Source: Anaerolineae bacterium (lineage in GTDB: Bacteria > Chloroflexota > Anaerolineae > Anaerolineales > E44-bin32). Taken from it: 64,000 nt of DNA. Shown here piece after piece: positions 38,118-47,608 of this stretch (the stretch's first letter is position 1; each line of letters opens with the position of its first letter). A program made the translations under genes and the position numbers. Where the stretch lies: assembly GCA_011192015.1 (NCBI GenBank), contig DUET01000087.1, positions 10,341 to 74,340 on the forward strand, read 5' to 3'. The notes under the pieces were generated by a model. It was not told where the DNA came from, did not search any database, and was given only the letters and a program-made list of their open reading frames with translations.

Positions 38118-38554
38118 AACGCTGCCTCAGCGGTGATCGTGCCTCGATCTACGTTCCAGCTTCCTGCCCAGATCCACATTTTGATACCCACCCAGAACCG
38201 TTCGCCACCGATACGCACGCTCGTATCCGTCCACGCCCCGCCGGCTTGAAGTTCCGTCCTCTGGAGGTAGTCCCTTTGACTCCCCGGAACGCTGCTCACG
38301 CATCATGGCCGGTGCGATTCATGCGCTGCCGGCTCTGCATGTCGACAGGCGCAAGCGAATGGGAGGGACCTTTCGGCATGGAGGAGCCAGCCGAATCTGG
38401 CAGATGAACCAAATCGACGGCGGTGTATCATGGGTAAATCGGTCTGCGAGGGATTGCCAGGAAAGGAGAACTGTCGTTGGCAGCCAACCGCTGTGCTGAT
38501 CAGAACCCGGGAAGCTTGTCGTCAATACAGTTTGGAAACGAGAAACCGAAGCTT

Positions 38555-39898
38555 TCAGACCGTGACCGGCACGCCATAGTAAAGCTTGCCGCGCATGGAA
38601 GCGACTCTACGCCGCAGCGCCTCGTCGGTCTCCAGCAGGGCATCGATTTTCGCACAGCCATGCATGATGGTTGTATGATCTCGGTTGCCGAGAATGGCGC
38701 CGATTTGCAGCAGCGAGGAACTGGTCTCCTCCCGAAGGAGATACATCGCCACCTGCCGCGCCAGGGCGATCTGCTTCTTCCGGCTGCGGCCGAGCACCTG
38801 CTCCCGCTCGATGTGGAAATGCTCGGTAACGATCTCGAGAATGCTTTCCGGCGTGATGGCTGCGCTGCTGTGGGAGAAATCCGTCAAAGTGCCTTCGACA
38901 AAGGCCGCATCCAGCTCCACGCTTCCCAGTTGGGAGGAAGCCATCACCCGTGTGAGCGCACCCTCGAGCTCGCGAATGTTGCGCTGCACTCGATGCGCGA
39001 TCATCTCCAGGAAGGTAATTTCGACCCTGTAACCCGCCCGTTCTGCCTTGTTGCACAGAATCGCCACCCTGGTCTCGAAATCCGGTGTCTGGATATCCGC
39101 TGCCAACCCCCATTCGAAGCGTGATCGCAGGCGTTCCTCGAGGGTCACCATGGCCTTGGGAGGGCGATCGGATGAAATCACGATCTGTTTGTCCTGGGCA
39201 TGCAGGGCGTTGAAGGTGTGGAAGAATTCCTCCTGCGTGGATTCCTTCCCCACGAGGAACTGCACGTCGTCGATGAGGAGCACATCGATCTGCCGGTACC
39301 GTTCACGGAAGGTGTCCGTGGTGTGTTTGCGAATGGCGTGGATCAGATCGTTGGTGAATTCTTCAGAGGAAACATAGAGCACGCGCATGCCGCGTGCAGC
39401 ACAATCCTGCCCCAAGGCATGCAGCAGATGCGTCTTCCCCAATCCCACACCCCCGTAAAGAAAGAGCGGATTGTATGCCCGGGCGGGATTCTCCGCGACC
39501 GCTCGGGCGGCAGCATACGCCAGGCGGTTGCTGGGGCCGACCACGAAGCTTTCAAAGGTGTAGCGCGCATTCAAATTGCAGGAGGGAAGGCTTGCATTTT
39601 CTGCGAGGTGGAGGGGGTCCAATCCGGCCTGCCGGGTTTCCTGGACCGGTTCGCCCTGCCAGACCACAAAACGCACTTCAACGGTTCGCCCAGTGATACC
39701 TGCCAGAACCTGCTTCGCCGTGGGGAGAAGACGATCTTCGAGCCAGTCGCGTGCGTATGCGTTCCGAACTCCGATGATATAAGTTCCATCTTCATAGGTG
39801 AGCAGTTCCGCGTCGCGAACCCAAGTATCGTAGGTGGCACGTGGCATTTCAAGTTGGAATTGGCCAAGCGCCGCCTGCCACTGTCGCTCCGCGTTCAT
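38555..39898 (-). CDS. dnaA: Chromosomal replication initiator protein DnaA
   Basis: W..AL..L........YDTW N-terminus, AAA+ Walker A LFLYGGVGLGKTHLLHA, Walker B LLIDDVQF, and C-terminal domain IV (IALARQVAMYLLREET..SLLQIGAILGNRDHTTIMHGCAKI). Confidence 0.95.
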   Translation of the reverse strand: MNAERQWQAALGQFQLEMPRATYDTWVRDAELLTYEDGTYIIGVRNAYARDWLEDRLLPTAKQVLAGITGRTVEVRFVVWQGEPVQETRQAGLDPLHLAENASLPSCNLNARYTFESFVVGPSNRLAYAAARAVAENPARAYNPLFLYGGVGLGKTHLLHALGQDCAARGMRVLYVSSEEFTNDLIHAIRKHTTDTFRERYRQIDVLLIDDVQFLVGKESTQEEFFHTFNALHAQDKQIVISSDRPPKAMVTLEERLRSRFEWGLAADIQTPDFETRVAILCNKAERAGYRVEITFLEMIAHRVQRNIRELEGALTRVMASSQLGSVELDAAFVEGTLTDFSHSSAAITPESILEIVTEHFHIEREQVLGRSRKKQIALARQVAMYLLREETSSSLLQIGAILGNRDHTTIMHGCAKIDALLETDEALRRRVASMRGKLYYGVPVTV

Positions 39899-40472
39899 GC
39901 ATCCCTCCGAGGACGGCTGTGGAATCCCTCAAGCCGGAGTGGGAATCTCACACACGAGTTGTTTTGTGTTCCAAGCCTTCGTATTTCGATCGACCTTATT
40001 GGGGAAGGTCGCCCCCGATCTGAAATCACTCACCACTCGCCGTTGCCCCCTTTTCACCCCATCCCAGCATCGAATGCCATCATAGCAAAAGCTGGGCTTG
40101 AATTCAATCAAAAGACCCCGATTCTTCCTTAAAAAACTCGAAGCTTTTAGAACCTGTTGTGTAAAGGATTCACACAGACCTTAAATTTCCAGCCCTGGCG
40201 AGCGCCCTCCCTCCCATCGATCCACACCCCCCGCATCTGCTCCCCTGAAAGATTGTGCCCCCACATTTGGGGGCATTAAAGCCGCCTTCGGAAAGCCACT
40301 GCTCCCGTACCTTAAATGTTAAAGGAAATCTTTTGTAAGAATCGCAGGCGCGGTTTCCACGAGGGGTGAAAAACGTGGTTTCCCCGGGCGAAGATCCATT
40401 CGGCCAGGCGAAGGAAGCCTTTGTTGGTCTGGAAGCAAGCGCTGATCAGGACAAAATCCCGAGCACACCCCA
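39899..40472. other. Candidate oriC / dnaA upstream regulatory region
   Basis: This is a 574-bp non-coding gap upstream of dnaA. DnaA-box-like 9-mers (6-7 of 9 matches to TTATCCACA): TGTGGAATC 39918-39926, GGATTCACA 40166-40174, CGATCCACA 40218-40226, GTTTCCACG 40353-40361. An AT-rich stretch spans about 40100-40195. ACCTTAAAT occurs twice (about 40179 and 40309). Confidence 0.35.
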
Positions 40473-41846
40473 CTAGGATCCGCCCAGCGCAATCTTGAGA
40501 GCATCCTGCAGCGACCGCGCGGGCAGGGCTTCAACGCCCTGCGGCAGTGCATCCTGCAAGCGAACGGACTGCGGGATCACGACTCGGCGGAAGCCGAGCT
40601 TGGCAGCCTCCCGCAAGCGAGCGGGCAGTTGAGAAACCGCCCGCAGCTCCCCGGAAAGCCCCACCTCCCCGATCAAGGCGAGATCGGCCGGAAGGGGAAG
40701 ATCGCGCACGGATGATGCGATAGCAGTAGCCACGGCAAGATCCAAGGCAGGTTCGCTGAGCCGGAGCCCACCCACCACATTTACGAATACGTCCTGGTCT
40801 GAAAGTCGCATTCCCACACGTCTGGAAAGCACGGCGATGGTCAGGAGAAGGCGATTGGAATCCACACCGTTGGCCGTTCGCCGCGGGTGCCCGAAGGAGG
40901 TGGAGCTCGTCAATCCCTGAACTTCCACCAGCAGGGGCCGAGTGCCCTCCATCGTCACCGCGATTGCCGACCCCGGAGCATGGACAACACGTTCGGCAAG
41001 AAAAGCCTCGGAAGGATTGATGACCTCGCACATACCCGAAGCGCGCATCTCAAACACGCCCACTTCGCTGGTCGCTCCAAAGCGGTTCTTCACCGAGCGC
41101 AACAAGCGGTAGACATGGAAGGGATCCCCTTCCAGGTAGAGCACCGTATCGACGATGTGTTCGAGCACCTTGGGACCAGCGATGGCTCCTTCCTTGGTGA
41201 CATGCCCCACGAGGAACACGGCCACACCCGTCTGTTTGGCCAAAGCCTGCAAGCGTTGAGCCGATTCGCGGACCTGCACGATCGATCCGGCTCCTGAATC
41301 GAGCTGCGGCAGATGGACCGTCTGGATGGAATCGATCACCACCATGCGGGGATCCAATGCCTGTGTGTGTTCCAGGATCAATTCCAGATCGGTCTCGGAG
41401 AGCATGTAGAGATCGCTTGGGATCTCATCCCCCCGACCGATGCGCGCCGCACGAGATTTGATCTGTTGCGGGGATTCTTCCGCCGAAACGTACAGCGTTC
41501 GGCCGCGTCCGGCCATCTGCATGGCTGCCTGCAGCAGCAAAGTGGATTTCCCGATCCCCGGATCACCGCCGACCAGCACTACCGAGCCCGGAACCACCCC
41601 GCCACCCAGGACCCGGGCGAATTCTCCGATCGGCAGTTCCAGACGTTCATCTCCGTGTCCCTCGACATCGACCAATCGCAGCGGTTGATCTCCCTTGCGC
41701 GCCGTCTGCCGGCGAGCGCCTCCCCGTTTCTCCACGCGTTCGGGCAGCATGCTGTTCCAAGCGCCGCATTGAGGGCAGCGGCCCATGGATTTGACAGTCG
41801 TCTTGCCGCACTGCTGGCAGACGTATTGCGTTCTCGATTTGGCCAC
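40473..41846 (-). CDS. radA: DNA repair protein RadA/Sms
   Basis: ORF 40473-41945; preferred GTG 41846 (after GGGAGGAG) gives VAKSRTQYVCQQCGKTTVKSMGRCPQCGAWNS (RadA Zn finger). Walker A GGDPGIGKSTLLLQ, KNRFG motif and a Lon-like C-terminal domain are present. Confidence 0.9.
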   Translation of the reverse strand: MAKSRTQYVCQQCGKTTVKSMGRCPQCGAWNSMLPERVEKRGGARRQTARKGDQPLRLVDVEGHGDERLELPIGEFARVLGGGVVPGSVVLVGGDPGIGKSTLLLQAAMQMAGRGRTLYVSAEESPQQIKSRAARIGRGDEIPSDLYMLSETDLELILEHTQALDPRMVVIDSIQTVHLPQLDSGAGSIVQVRESAQRLQALAKQTGVAVFLVGHVTKEGAIAGPKVLEHIVDTVLYLEGDPFHVYRLLRSVKNRFGATSEVGVFEMRASGMCEVINPSEAFLAERVVHAPGSAIAVTMEGTRPLLVEVQGLTSSTSFGHPRRTANGVDSNRLLLTIAVLSRRVGMRLSDQDVFVNVVGGLRLSEPALDLAVATAIASSVRDLPLPADLALIGEVGLSGELRAVSQLPARLREAAKLGFRRVVIPQSVRLQDALPQGVEALPARSLQDALKIALGGS

Positions 41847-41948
41847 AACTCCTCCCTGCCGAGCATTATACGGACCCCCTTCCCCTCCGACAAGCAGGAG
41901 CCCGACGAATGCCGTCGGGCTCCCGGAAATGTTCTGGTGCTGCATGAT

Positions 41949-44429
41949 TTACTTGGTGGGAAGCGGCTCCTGCGCCTCATCCTCCGGCTCGCGGACCTCG
42001 CTATGCAGGACCACTTCTCCGTCCTCGGCATCGACGAGCACATCATCGCTCGTCGTGAACTCACCCGCAAGGAGCTTGTCGGAAAGCGGATCCTCGATCT
42101 TGTTCTGAATCACCCTGCGCAGCGGCCGCGCTCCCATCTCCGGATCGTAGCCCAATTCAGCCAGGAGCAGTCGAGCTTCCTCGGTGATCCGAATGGTCAT
42201 CTGCTGATCAACCAGACGTGCCGAGACTTTCTTCAACTCCAGATCGACGATCTGCGTGATCTGATCCTTGGTCAGGGCGTGGAAGACGATCACCGCATCC
42301 ACACGGTTGATGAATTCCGGTCGGAAGATCTTGCGCAATGCGTCCATCAGCTTCTTGCGCATCTCCTCATATTCGAGGCGTTCCTCAGCTTCTTCATCCA
42401 CCTCGATGGCAAATCCAAGTTTGTCCTGTCGCCGTATGAGTTCCGCGCCCACATTGGAGGTCATCACCACGATGGCGTTGCGGAAATCCACCTTACGGCC
42501 CCGCGCGTCCGTCAGTTGGCCCTCCTCCATGATCTGCAGCAGCATGTTGTGGGCTTCGGGATGCGCCTTCTCGACTTCATCAAAGACCACGATCGAATAC
42601 GGTCGACGGCGGATCGCCTCCGTGAGCTGCCCGGCGTCCTCGTAGCCCACATATCCCGGCGGAGCGCCCACCAGCCGGCTGACGCTGTGGCGCTCCATGA
42701 ACTCCGACATATCGATCTGAACCAAAGCCTCCTCGCTTCCGAAGATGAATTCCGCCAGAGCCTTGGTGAGTTCCGTCTTGCCAACGCCTGTGGGTCCCAA
42801 GAAAATGAACGAACCAACGGGTCGCTTGGGATCCTTCAATCCGGCTCGCGAGCGACGCACCGCACGTGCGATCGCCTCGATCGCCTCGTCCTGACCGACG
42901 ATGCGCTCATGAAGGACCTCTTCCATGTTCAGCAGTCGCTGGGATTCCTCCTGTGCGATCTGCATCACCGGCACGCCGGTCCACATCGAGACGACTTCGG
43001 CGATGTCTTCGGCGGTAACTTCAGGCCTTTCCTGCTTGTCGTCCCAGGCGGCGCGCATCTTCTCGAGTTTCCTTTCGAGCCTGGTCATCGATTCCATGAT
43101 CTCTTGCGCATCGTCCTGGCGCGCCTCGTCCACTGCCCTGGCATGCGCCTCCTTGCTCGCCTTCAGTTCGCTGATCATCTCCTTCATTGAAACTGCGGCG
43201 GGGTTCTTATACATGCGCACGCGCGAGGCTGATTCATCGATCAGATCGATGGCCTTGTCGGGAAGGAATCTATCGGTCACGTAGCGTGCCGATAGATGTG
43301 CGGCGGCTTCCAACGCCGCATCCTGGATTTTCAGCTTGTGATGGTCTTCGTAGGGCTTCTTGACGCCTCGCAGGATGTTGATCGTCTCCTCGATCGAGGG
43401 TTCATCCACCATCACCGGTTGAAAACGTCGTTCCAGAGCGGCATCGTTCTCGATATGCTTGCGATACTCATCCAGCGTGGTGGCGCCGATCACCTGCAGT
43501 TCCCCGCGTGAGAGCGCGGGTTTGAGTATGTTGGCGGCATCCACCGAGGAACCTGCGCTTCCCGCTCCCACCAGCATGTGCACTTCGTCAATGAAGAGAA
43601 TACAGTCGGTGGATTTGAGCTCGTCGATCACTCGCTTGAGGCGCTCCTCGAATTGACCGCGATACATCGTACCCGCCACCAATGAGCCCACGTCAAGTTG
43701 CAGCACTCGCTTGTCCAGCAGGGGCTCGGGGGTTTCTCCAGCGATGATGCGCTGTGCCAGACCTTCCACGATGGCGGTCTTCCCAACCCCCGGTTCCCCG
43801 ATCAATGCCGGATTGTTCTTGGTTCTTCGGGCCAGGATCTGGATCACGCGCTCGATCTCCATCTCGCGCCCGACCACAGGATCCAGCTTGCCTTCAACCG
43901 CCAAGTTGGAAAGGTTGGTCGCTAATTGATCCAGCAAAGGAGTCTTGGTCTGTTTTTCTTTTCGAGTGGGAGCATCCTTACGGGCAGGTCGTCCGCTGGA
44001 ACCTTCCTGGAGAATGCGCCGGGTTTGGCGGCGTACTTGCTCGGGAGTTATGCCCAAGCGCCGCAGAACATCGTTGCCGATGCCTTCACCTTGGCGCATG
44101 AGGCCCAGCAGGATGTGCTCGGTACCGATGTAGTGATGATTCAAGCGGCGGGCTTCTTCCACCGCCTGCTGTAGGACCTTCTCCGTGCCCGGTGCCAAAT
44201 CTATGGTGCCCCCCGTGTGGCGTCCCATGCCCGTCAGACGTTTTACCGTCTCTTTCACTCGGGCCGTATCCAAACCCAATTCCCTCAGCACGCGCCCGGC
44301 CACACCGCCATCTTCACGAATCAGCCCCAGCAGAAGATGCTCGGTGCCGATGTAACTATGACGAAGGTTTTCGGCCTCTTCATGGGCAAGGCTGAGGACA
44401 CGGCGGGCTCTTTGTGTGAACCGTTCCAT
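41949..44429 (-). CDS. clpC: ATP-dependent Clp protease ATP-binding subunit ClpC
   Basis: ORF 41949-44456; preferred ATG 44429 ([19 protein letters not shown]). It has a double Clp-N repeat, two AAA+ modules ([15 protein letters not shown]; [15 protein letters not shown]) and a middle coiled coil. Confidence 0.9.
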   Translation of the reverse strand: MERFTQRARRVLSLAHEEAENLRHSYIGTEHLLLGLIREDGGVAGRVLRELGLDTARVKETVKRLTGMGRHTGGTIDLAPGTEKVLQQAVEEARRLNHHYIGTEHILLGLMRQGEGIGNDVLRRLGITPEQVRRQTRRILQEGSSGRPARKDAPTRKEKQTKTPLLDQLATNLSNLAVEGKLDPVVGREMEIERVIQILARRTKNNPALIGEPGVGKTAIVEGLAQRIIAGETPEPLLDKRVLQLDVGSLVAGTMYRGQFEERLKRVIDELKSTDCILFIDEVHMLVGAGSAGSSVDAANILKPALSRGELQVIGATTLDEYRKHIENDAALERRFQPVMVDEPSIEETINILRGVKKPYEDHHKLKIQDAALEAAAHLSARYVTDRFLPDKAIDLIDESASRVRMYKNPAAVSMKEMISELKASKEAHARAVDEARQDDAQEIMESMTRLERKLEKMRAAWDDKQERPEVTAEDIAEVVSMWTGVPVMQIAQEESQRLLNMEEVLHERIVGQDEAIEAIARAVRRSRAGLKDPKRPVGSFIFLGPTGVGKTELTKALAEFIFGSEEALVQIDMSEFMERHSVSRLVGAPPGYVGYEDAGQLTEAIRRRPYSIVVFDEVEKAHPEAHNMLLQIMEEGQLTDARGRKVDFRNAIVVMTSNVGAELIRRQDKLGFAIEVDEEAEERLEYEEMRKKLMDALRKIFRPEFINRVDAVIVFHALTKDQITQIVDLELKKVSARLVDQQMTIRITEEARLLLAELGYDPEMGARPLRRVIQNKIEDPLSDKLLAGEFTTSDDVLVDAEDGEVVLHSEVREPEDEAQEPLPTK

Positions 44430-44551
44430 CTTGTCCGCCACGGCTTGCTCCTCCACTCCCTAAAGGTACCAACGTTGATCAACAATGATTCTACCAGAAC
44501 TCGTACAGCGAATCCCCAACCGGAAATCCATCCGATCGTGCTATATAGCAT

Positions 44552-44590
44552 AAGGCCGGGGGCATCTGCAGCCTGCCACCCGGCCTTTTC
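44552..44590. terminator. GC-rich hairpin between rpsA stop and clpC start (putative terminator)
   Basis: 9-bp stem AAGGCCGGG (44552-44560) / CCCGGCCTT (44579-44587). The T-run (TTTTC) is on the plus strand, although the flanking genes are on the minus strand. It lies 16 nt downstream of the rpsA stop. Confidence 0.45.
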
Positions 44591-44602
44591 TCTCCAAGCA
44601 CC

Positions 44603-46324
44603 CTACTCCTGAGGGTCCTCGCCCTCCTCTTTGTCGGAGGGTTGCTCCTCGACGGAATCGGTCTCGCCTTCATCCGGAGGAGTGTCCTCGGAAGGTGTTT
44701 CATCCTCAGCCTCGGGAGTTGTCTCATCCTCGGTTTCAGATTCCGCAACTTCGGGCGCTTCATCGACCGCGTCCTCGGTTTCGTCTGTCTCGGCTTCTTC
44801 AACCGCTTGGAGTTCCCCCTCGACCTCGGCTTCGTCTTCAGCGGCCTCGGGTGTCTCTTCAGCCGCTGCTTCAATTTCCGGTGTCTCTTCAACCTCGGCC
44901 TCGGCGGCTTCAACCGCCTGGAGTTCTTCCTCGACCTCGGCATCGTCTTCAGCGGCTTCGGGTGTCTCCTCAGCTGCTGCTTCAATTTCCGGTATATCTT
45001 CAACCTCGGCCTCAGCGGCTTCAGAGGCTTTCTCTGCCGTGGTTTCGGCTTCCGCAGCATCCGGCGCCTCTTCCGCTCCGGATTCGTCCTCTGCCTGCTC
45101 CTCATCGGCTGTGATCTCCTGCATCGCAGCCTGCCAGTCCGCCTCAGCGTATTCGGGGGAATCGACTCGCTTGAGGCTCAAACCGATGCGACGGCGTTCT
45201 TGATCCAACTTGATGATGCGCAAGGCCAGAACTTGATTTTCCGCAACCGCCTCTCGAGGGTGTTCGATGCGGCGCTCGGATAACTCCGAGATATGGATCA
45301 ATCCTTCGATTTCATAATCCCCAGTCTCACTCAGGCTGGCAAACGCCCCGAACTTGGTCAACTTGGTGATGGTTCCCTCGACAAGTTGACCCTCATGGAA
45401 GGAAGAAATGACCTTCGACCAGGGATCGTCTTCCAATTCACGCATCGAAAGGCTGATCCGCTTCCGGTCGGGATCCAGCGAAAGGACTTTGACTTCGACC
45501 TTATCCCCAACTTTGAGGATTTCGCGTGGATGCGAGATACGCTTCCATGAGATCTCCGACCTATGCACCAGCCCATCGGCGCCGCCGATATCGATAAAGG
45601 CGCCGAAGTCAGCCAGGCTGATGACATAACCGCTGCGGATCTCTCCTGGCTGGAGCTCGGAAATCAGCCGTTCCTTGAGGGCTTCACGCGCCTCTCTAGC
45701 CGCAGCTCTCTCGGATAGAATCAACCGGTTTCGACGTCGATCGACTTCGATCACCTTGGCGGCAATCGGTTCCGCCACCATCATGCCCCATCGCTTTTCA
45801 GGAGTATCCCCTTGGGCACGGCGTCTGCGCGATAAACTCACCTGCGAAGCAGGAATGAATCCTCGTAAACGCCCCAGCTTGACAATCAATCCCCCCTTGT
45901 TGTAGCCGGCGACTTCCCCTTCGAAAACCTCCTGGCTGCTCATTAGCTTTTCGGCGGTGTGCCAATCCTGTTCCTCTTCGGCGCGTTTCAAGGAAAGCAG
46001 AAGAGTACCGTCTCGGCCTGCGCGCTTCACGACGTAGACAGTTATTTCCTTGCCGACAGTCAACTCGGCTCGTTCTTCCTCTGGAAGCTGTTCTAATTCC
46101 TGGGAAATAATTACGCCTTCGGATTTCGCACCCACGTCAACGAGTATGTCGGTTTCTGTTACTCGAGCGATTTTACCGGTGCGAATCTCCCCACGTTGTG
46201 GGGAACGGAGGCCGAATTCCTCCTCGGCGAGGAGGGCGTCCATTGGATGGCTGTCTTCGGGTGTCGTTTCGTTCTCAGCAGCTGTTAGTTCGCTATTGAC
46301 TATCTCCTCATCTCGTTCCATCAA
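44603..46324 (-). CDS. rpsA: 30S ribosomal protein S1 with ~170-aa acidic C-terminal extension
   Basis: Four recognisable S1/OB repeats (GEIRTGKIARV..., FEGEVAGYNKGGLIV..., GEIRSGYVISLADFGAFIDIG..., GQLVEGTITKLTKFGAFASL...). These are followed by an E/A/T/P-rich tail. Confidence 0.9.
   Translation of the reverse strand: MMERDEEIVNSELTAAENETTPEDSHPMDALLAEEEFGLRSPQRGEIRTGKIARVTETDILVDVGAKSEGVIISQELEQLPEEERAELTVGKEITVYVVKRAGRDGTLLLSLKRAEEEQDWHTAEKLMSSQEVFEGEVAGYNKGGLIVKLGRLRGFIPASQVSLSRRRRAQGDTPEKRWGMMVAEPIAAKVIEVDRRRNRLILSERAAAREAREALKERLISELQPGEIRSGYVISLADFGAFIDIGGADGLVHRSEISWKRISHPREILKVGDKVEVKVLSLDPDRKRISLSMRELEDDPWSKVISSFHEGQLVEGTITKLTKFGAFASLSETGDYEIEGLIHISELSERRIEHPREAVAENQVLALRIIKLDQERRRIGLSLKRVDSPEYAEADWQAAMQEITADEEQAEDESGAEEAPDAAEAETTAEKASEAAEAEVEDIPEIEAAAEETPEAAEDDAEVEEELQAVEAAEAEVEETPEIEAAAEETPEAAEDEAEVEGELQAVEEAETDETEDAVDEAPEVAESETEDETTPEAEDETPSEDTPPDEGETDSVEEQPSDKEEGEDPQE
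44800..45021. repeat. Tandem 111-bp (37-codon) duplication inside the rpsA acidic tail
   Basis: Copy 1 (44800-44910) and copy 2 (44911-45021) differ at about 10 of 111 positions by my count. They encode AAEAEVE(D/E)(I/T)PEIEAAAEETPEAAED(D/E)AEVE(E/G)ELQAVE twice. Confidence 0.85.
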
Positions 46325-46353
46325 TGTTGCATTCTCCGCGTAAAGATGCTCGC

Positions 46354-46382
46354 ATTATAAGGGTGTTCGATGGTCTTGTAAA
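46354..46382 (-). promoter_or_regulatory. Candidate sigma70-type promoter of rpsA
   Basis: On the minus strand: -35 TTTACA (46382-46377), 17-nt spacer, -10 TATAAT (46359-46354). It lies about 30 nt upstream of ATG 46324, with a GGAGA SD. Confidence 0.5.
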
Positions 46383-46389
46383 CCATTCC

Positions 46390-46419
46390 TTAGAAAGACT
46401 CTACCACATGCGATATAAT
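46390..46419 (+). promoter_or_regulatory. Candidate promoter of the ChlI-like gene (divergent from rpsA)
   Basis: -35 TTAGAA (46390-46395), 18-nt spacer, -10 TATAAT (46414-46419). ATG 46440 is preceded by GAGGA. Confidence 0.4.
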
Positions 46420-46439
46420 GCCGGCTGAGGATTGCGAAC

Positions 46440-47549
46440 ATGACCATTGTCTATCCATTCACTGCCATCGTAGGTCAGGAGCGCATGCTTCGTGCCCTGA
46501 TCCTCAACGCGGTCAACCCTCGAATCGGAGGGGTTCTCATACGTGGCGAACGCGGCACAGCCAAATCAACGGCTGCGCGCGCCTTGGCCGCCCTGCTTCC
46601 GGAAGTCCCCGTGGTCGCCGACTGCCGTTTTGGCTGCGATCCGGGTCGACCAACCACATGGTGTACCGAATGCAAGGAGCGAGCCACCTCGGGAGAAAGT
46701 CTGCCCGAAACCATGAGGCCCACATCCTTCGTGGATCTACCCGTTTCAGCCACGGAAGATCGCGTCGTGGGGACCTTGGATATCGAACGCGCAATCAAAG
46801 AGGGCGAACGCCACTTCGAACCCGGTGTGCTTGCTTCCGCCAACCGCGGATTGCTCTATATCGATGAGGTCAACTTGCTCGATGATCACGTGGTCGACCT
46901 GCTCCTGGACTCTGCCGCCATGGGCATGAACATCGTCGGGCGGGAGGGCATCTCCTTCACACACCCAGCGCGCTTCATCCTCGTGGGAACCATGAACCCT
47001 GAAGAGGGTGATTTGCGACCGCAGTTGCTGGATCGCTTCGCGCTCTCCGTGGACATCAGGGGGTTGTATGATCCCCACGACCGTGTGGCCATCATCGAGC
47101 GCAACCTTGCTTATGAAACCGACGCCGAAGTCTTCCGCAAGCAATGGACCAAACAGGAACGATCCCTTTCCAAGCAGATCATGTCGGCCAGAGAGCATGT
47201 CGACCAGGTTGAATACAGCAAACGCGACCTGTATTCCATCGCTGCGCTGACCGCCTTGCTGGGCGTGGATGGCCATCGAGCGGATCTCGTCATCCTCAAG
47301 GCCGCGCGTGCGCATGCGGCCTTCGAAGGCCGGAAAGCCATCACCGATCGAGACATCGCTCTAGCCGCCGAACTGGCCCTGCCGCATCGCCTTCGTCGTG
47401 GACCCTTCCAACAAACTGAGGTCACGCTCGAGGAGCTGCAAAACCGCATCGAACAGATCCAATCCGATGCGGATACAGTTGAGTCGATGGAGCCAGTGCC
47501 AACCGAAGCGGATGAGCAGTCTTCGAAAAAAAAAAGAGCTCCCGCGTAA
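46440..47549 (+). CDS. ChlI/BchI-like AAA+ ATPase (Mg-chelatase subunit I family)
   Basis: MTIVYPFTAIVGQERMLRALILNAVNPRIGGVLIRGERGTAKSTAARALA (Walker A), LYIDEVNLLDDHVVDLLLDSAAMG (Walker B) and the arginine-finger region LLDRFAL. It ends in ...EQSSKKKRAPA across an A10 run. Confidence 0.85.
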   Translation: MTIVYPFTAIVGQERMLRALILNAVNPRIGGVLIRGERGTAKSTAARALAALLPEVPVVADCRFGCDPGRPTTWCTECKERATSGESLPETMRPTSFVDLPVSATEDRVVGTLDIERAIKEGERHFEPGVLASANRGLLYIDEVNLLDDHVVDLLLDSAAMGMNIVGREGISFTHPARFILVGTMNPEEGDLRPQLLDRFALSVDIRGLYDPHDRVAIIERNLAYETDAEVFRKQWTKQERSLSKQIMSAREHVDQVEYSKRDLYSIAALTALLGVDGHRADLVILKAARAHAAFEGRKAITDRDIALAAELALPHRLRRGPFQQTEVTLEELQNRIEQIQSDADTVESMEPVPTEADEQSSKKKRAPA

Positions 47550-47608
47550 CCCTGGATAACTCCGAGCAAACCGAAGAGCGTGGAGAAGCGGAACCCGCAA
47601 AACAGGAC

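Noticed and set aside
39200-40132. 310-aa plus-strand ORF across the dnaA 5' half and upstream spacer
   Set aside because: It is antisense to the DnaA AAA+ domain, which is clearly the real gene. The translation is low-complexity R/G/H-rich.
41313-43190. 625-aa plus-strand ORF, the longest unexplained ORF in the track
   Set aside because: It lies antisense to the clpC/radA coding sequence, which has unmistakable conserved motifs. Its R/H/L/D-rich, motif-free translation is typical of antisense frames in GC-rich genes.
44800-45021. Possible CRISPR or other non-coding repeat array
   Set aside because: There are only two directly abutting 111-bp copies with no spacers, and they lie in frame inside rpsA. 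This is a coding tandem duplication.
44491-45283. Four overlapping ORFs (K/R/P-rich, S-rich, L/F/G-rich) on both strands over the rpsA tail
   Set aside because: They are alternative frames of the GAA/GCN-rich acidic repeat. Such repeats stay open in many frames. Only the minus-strand frame is contiguous with the S1 domains.
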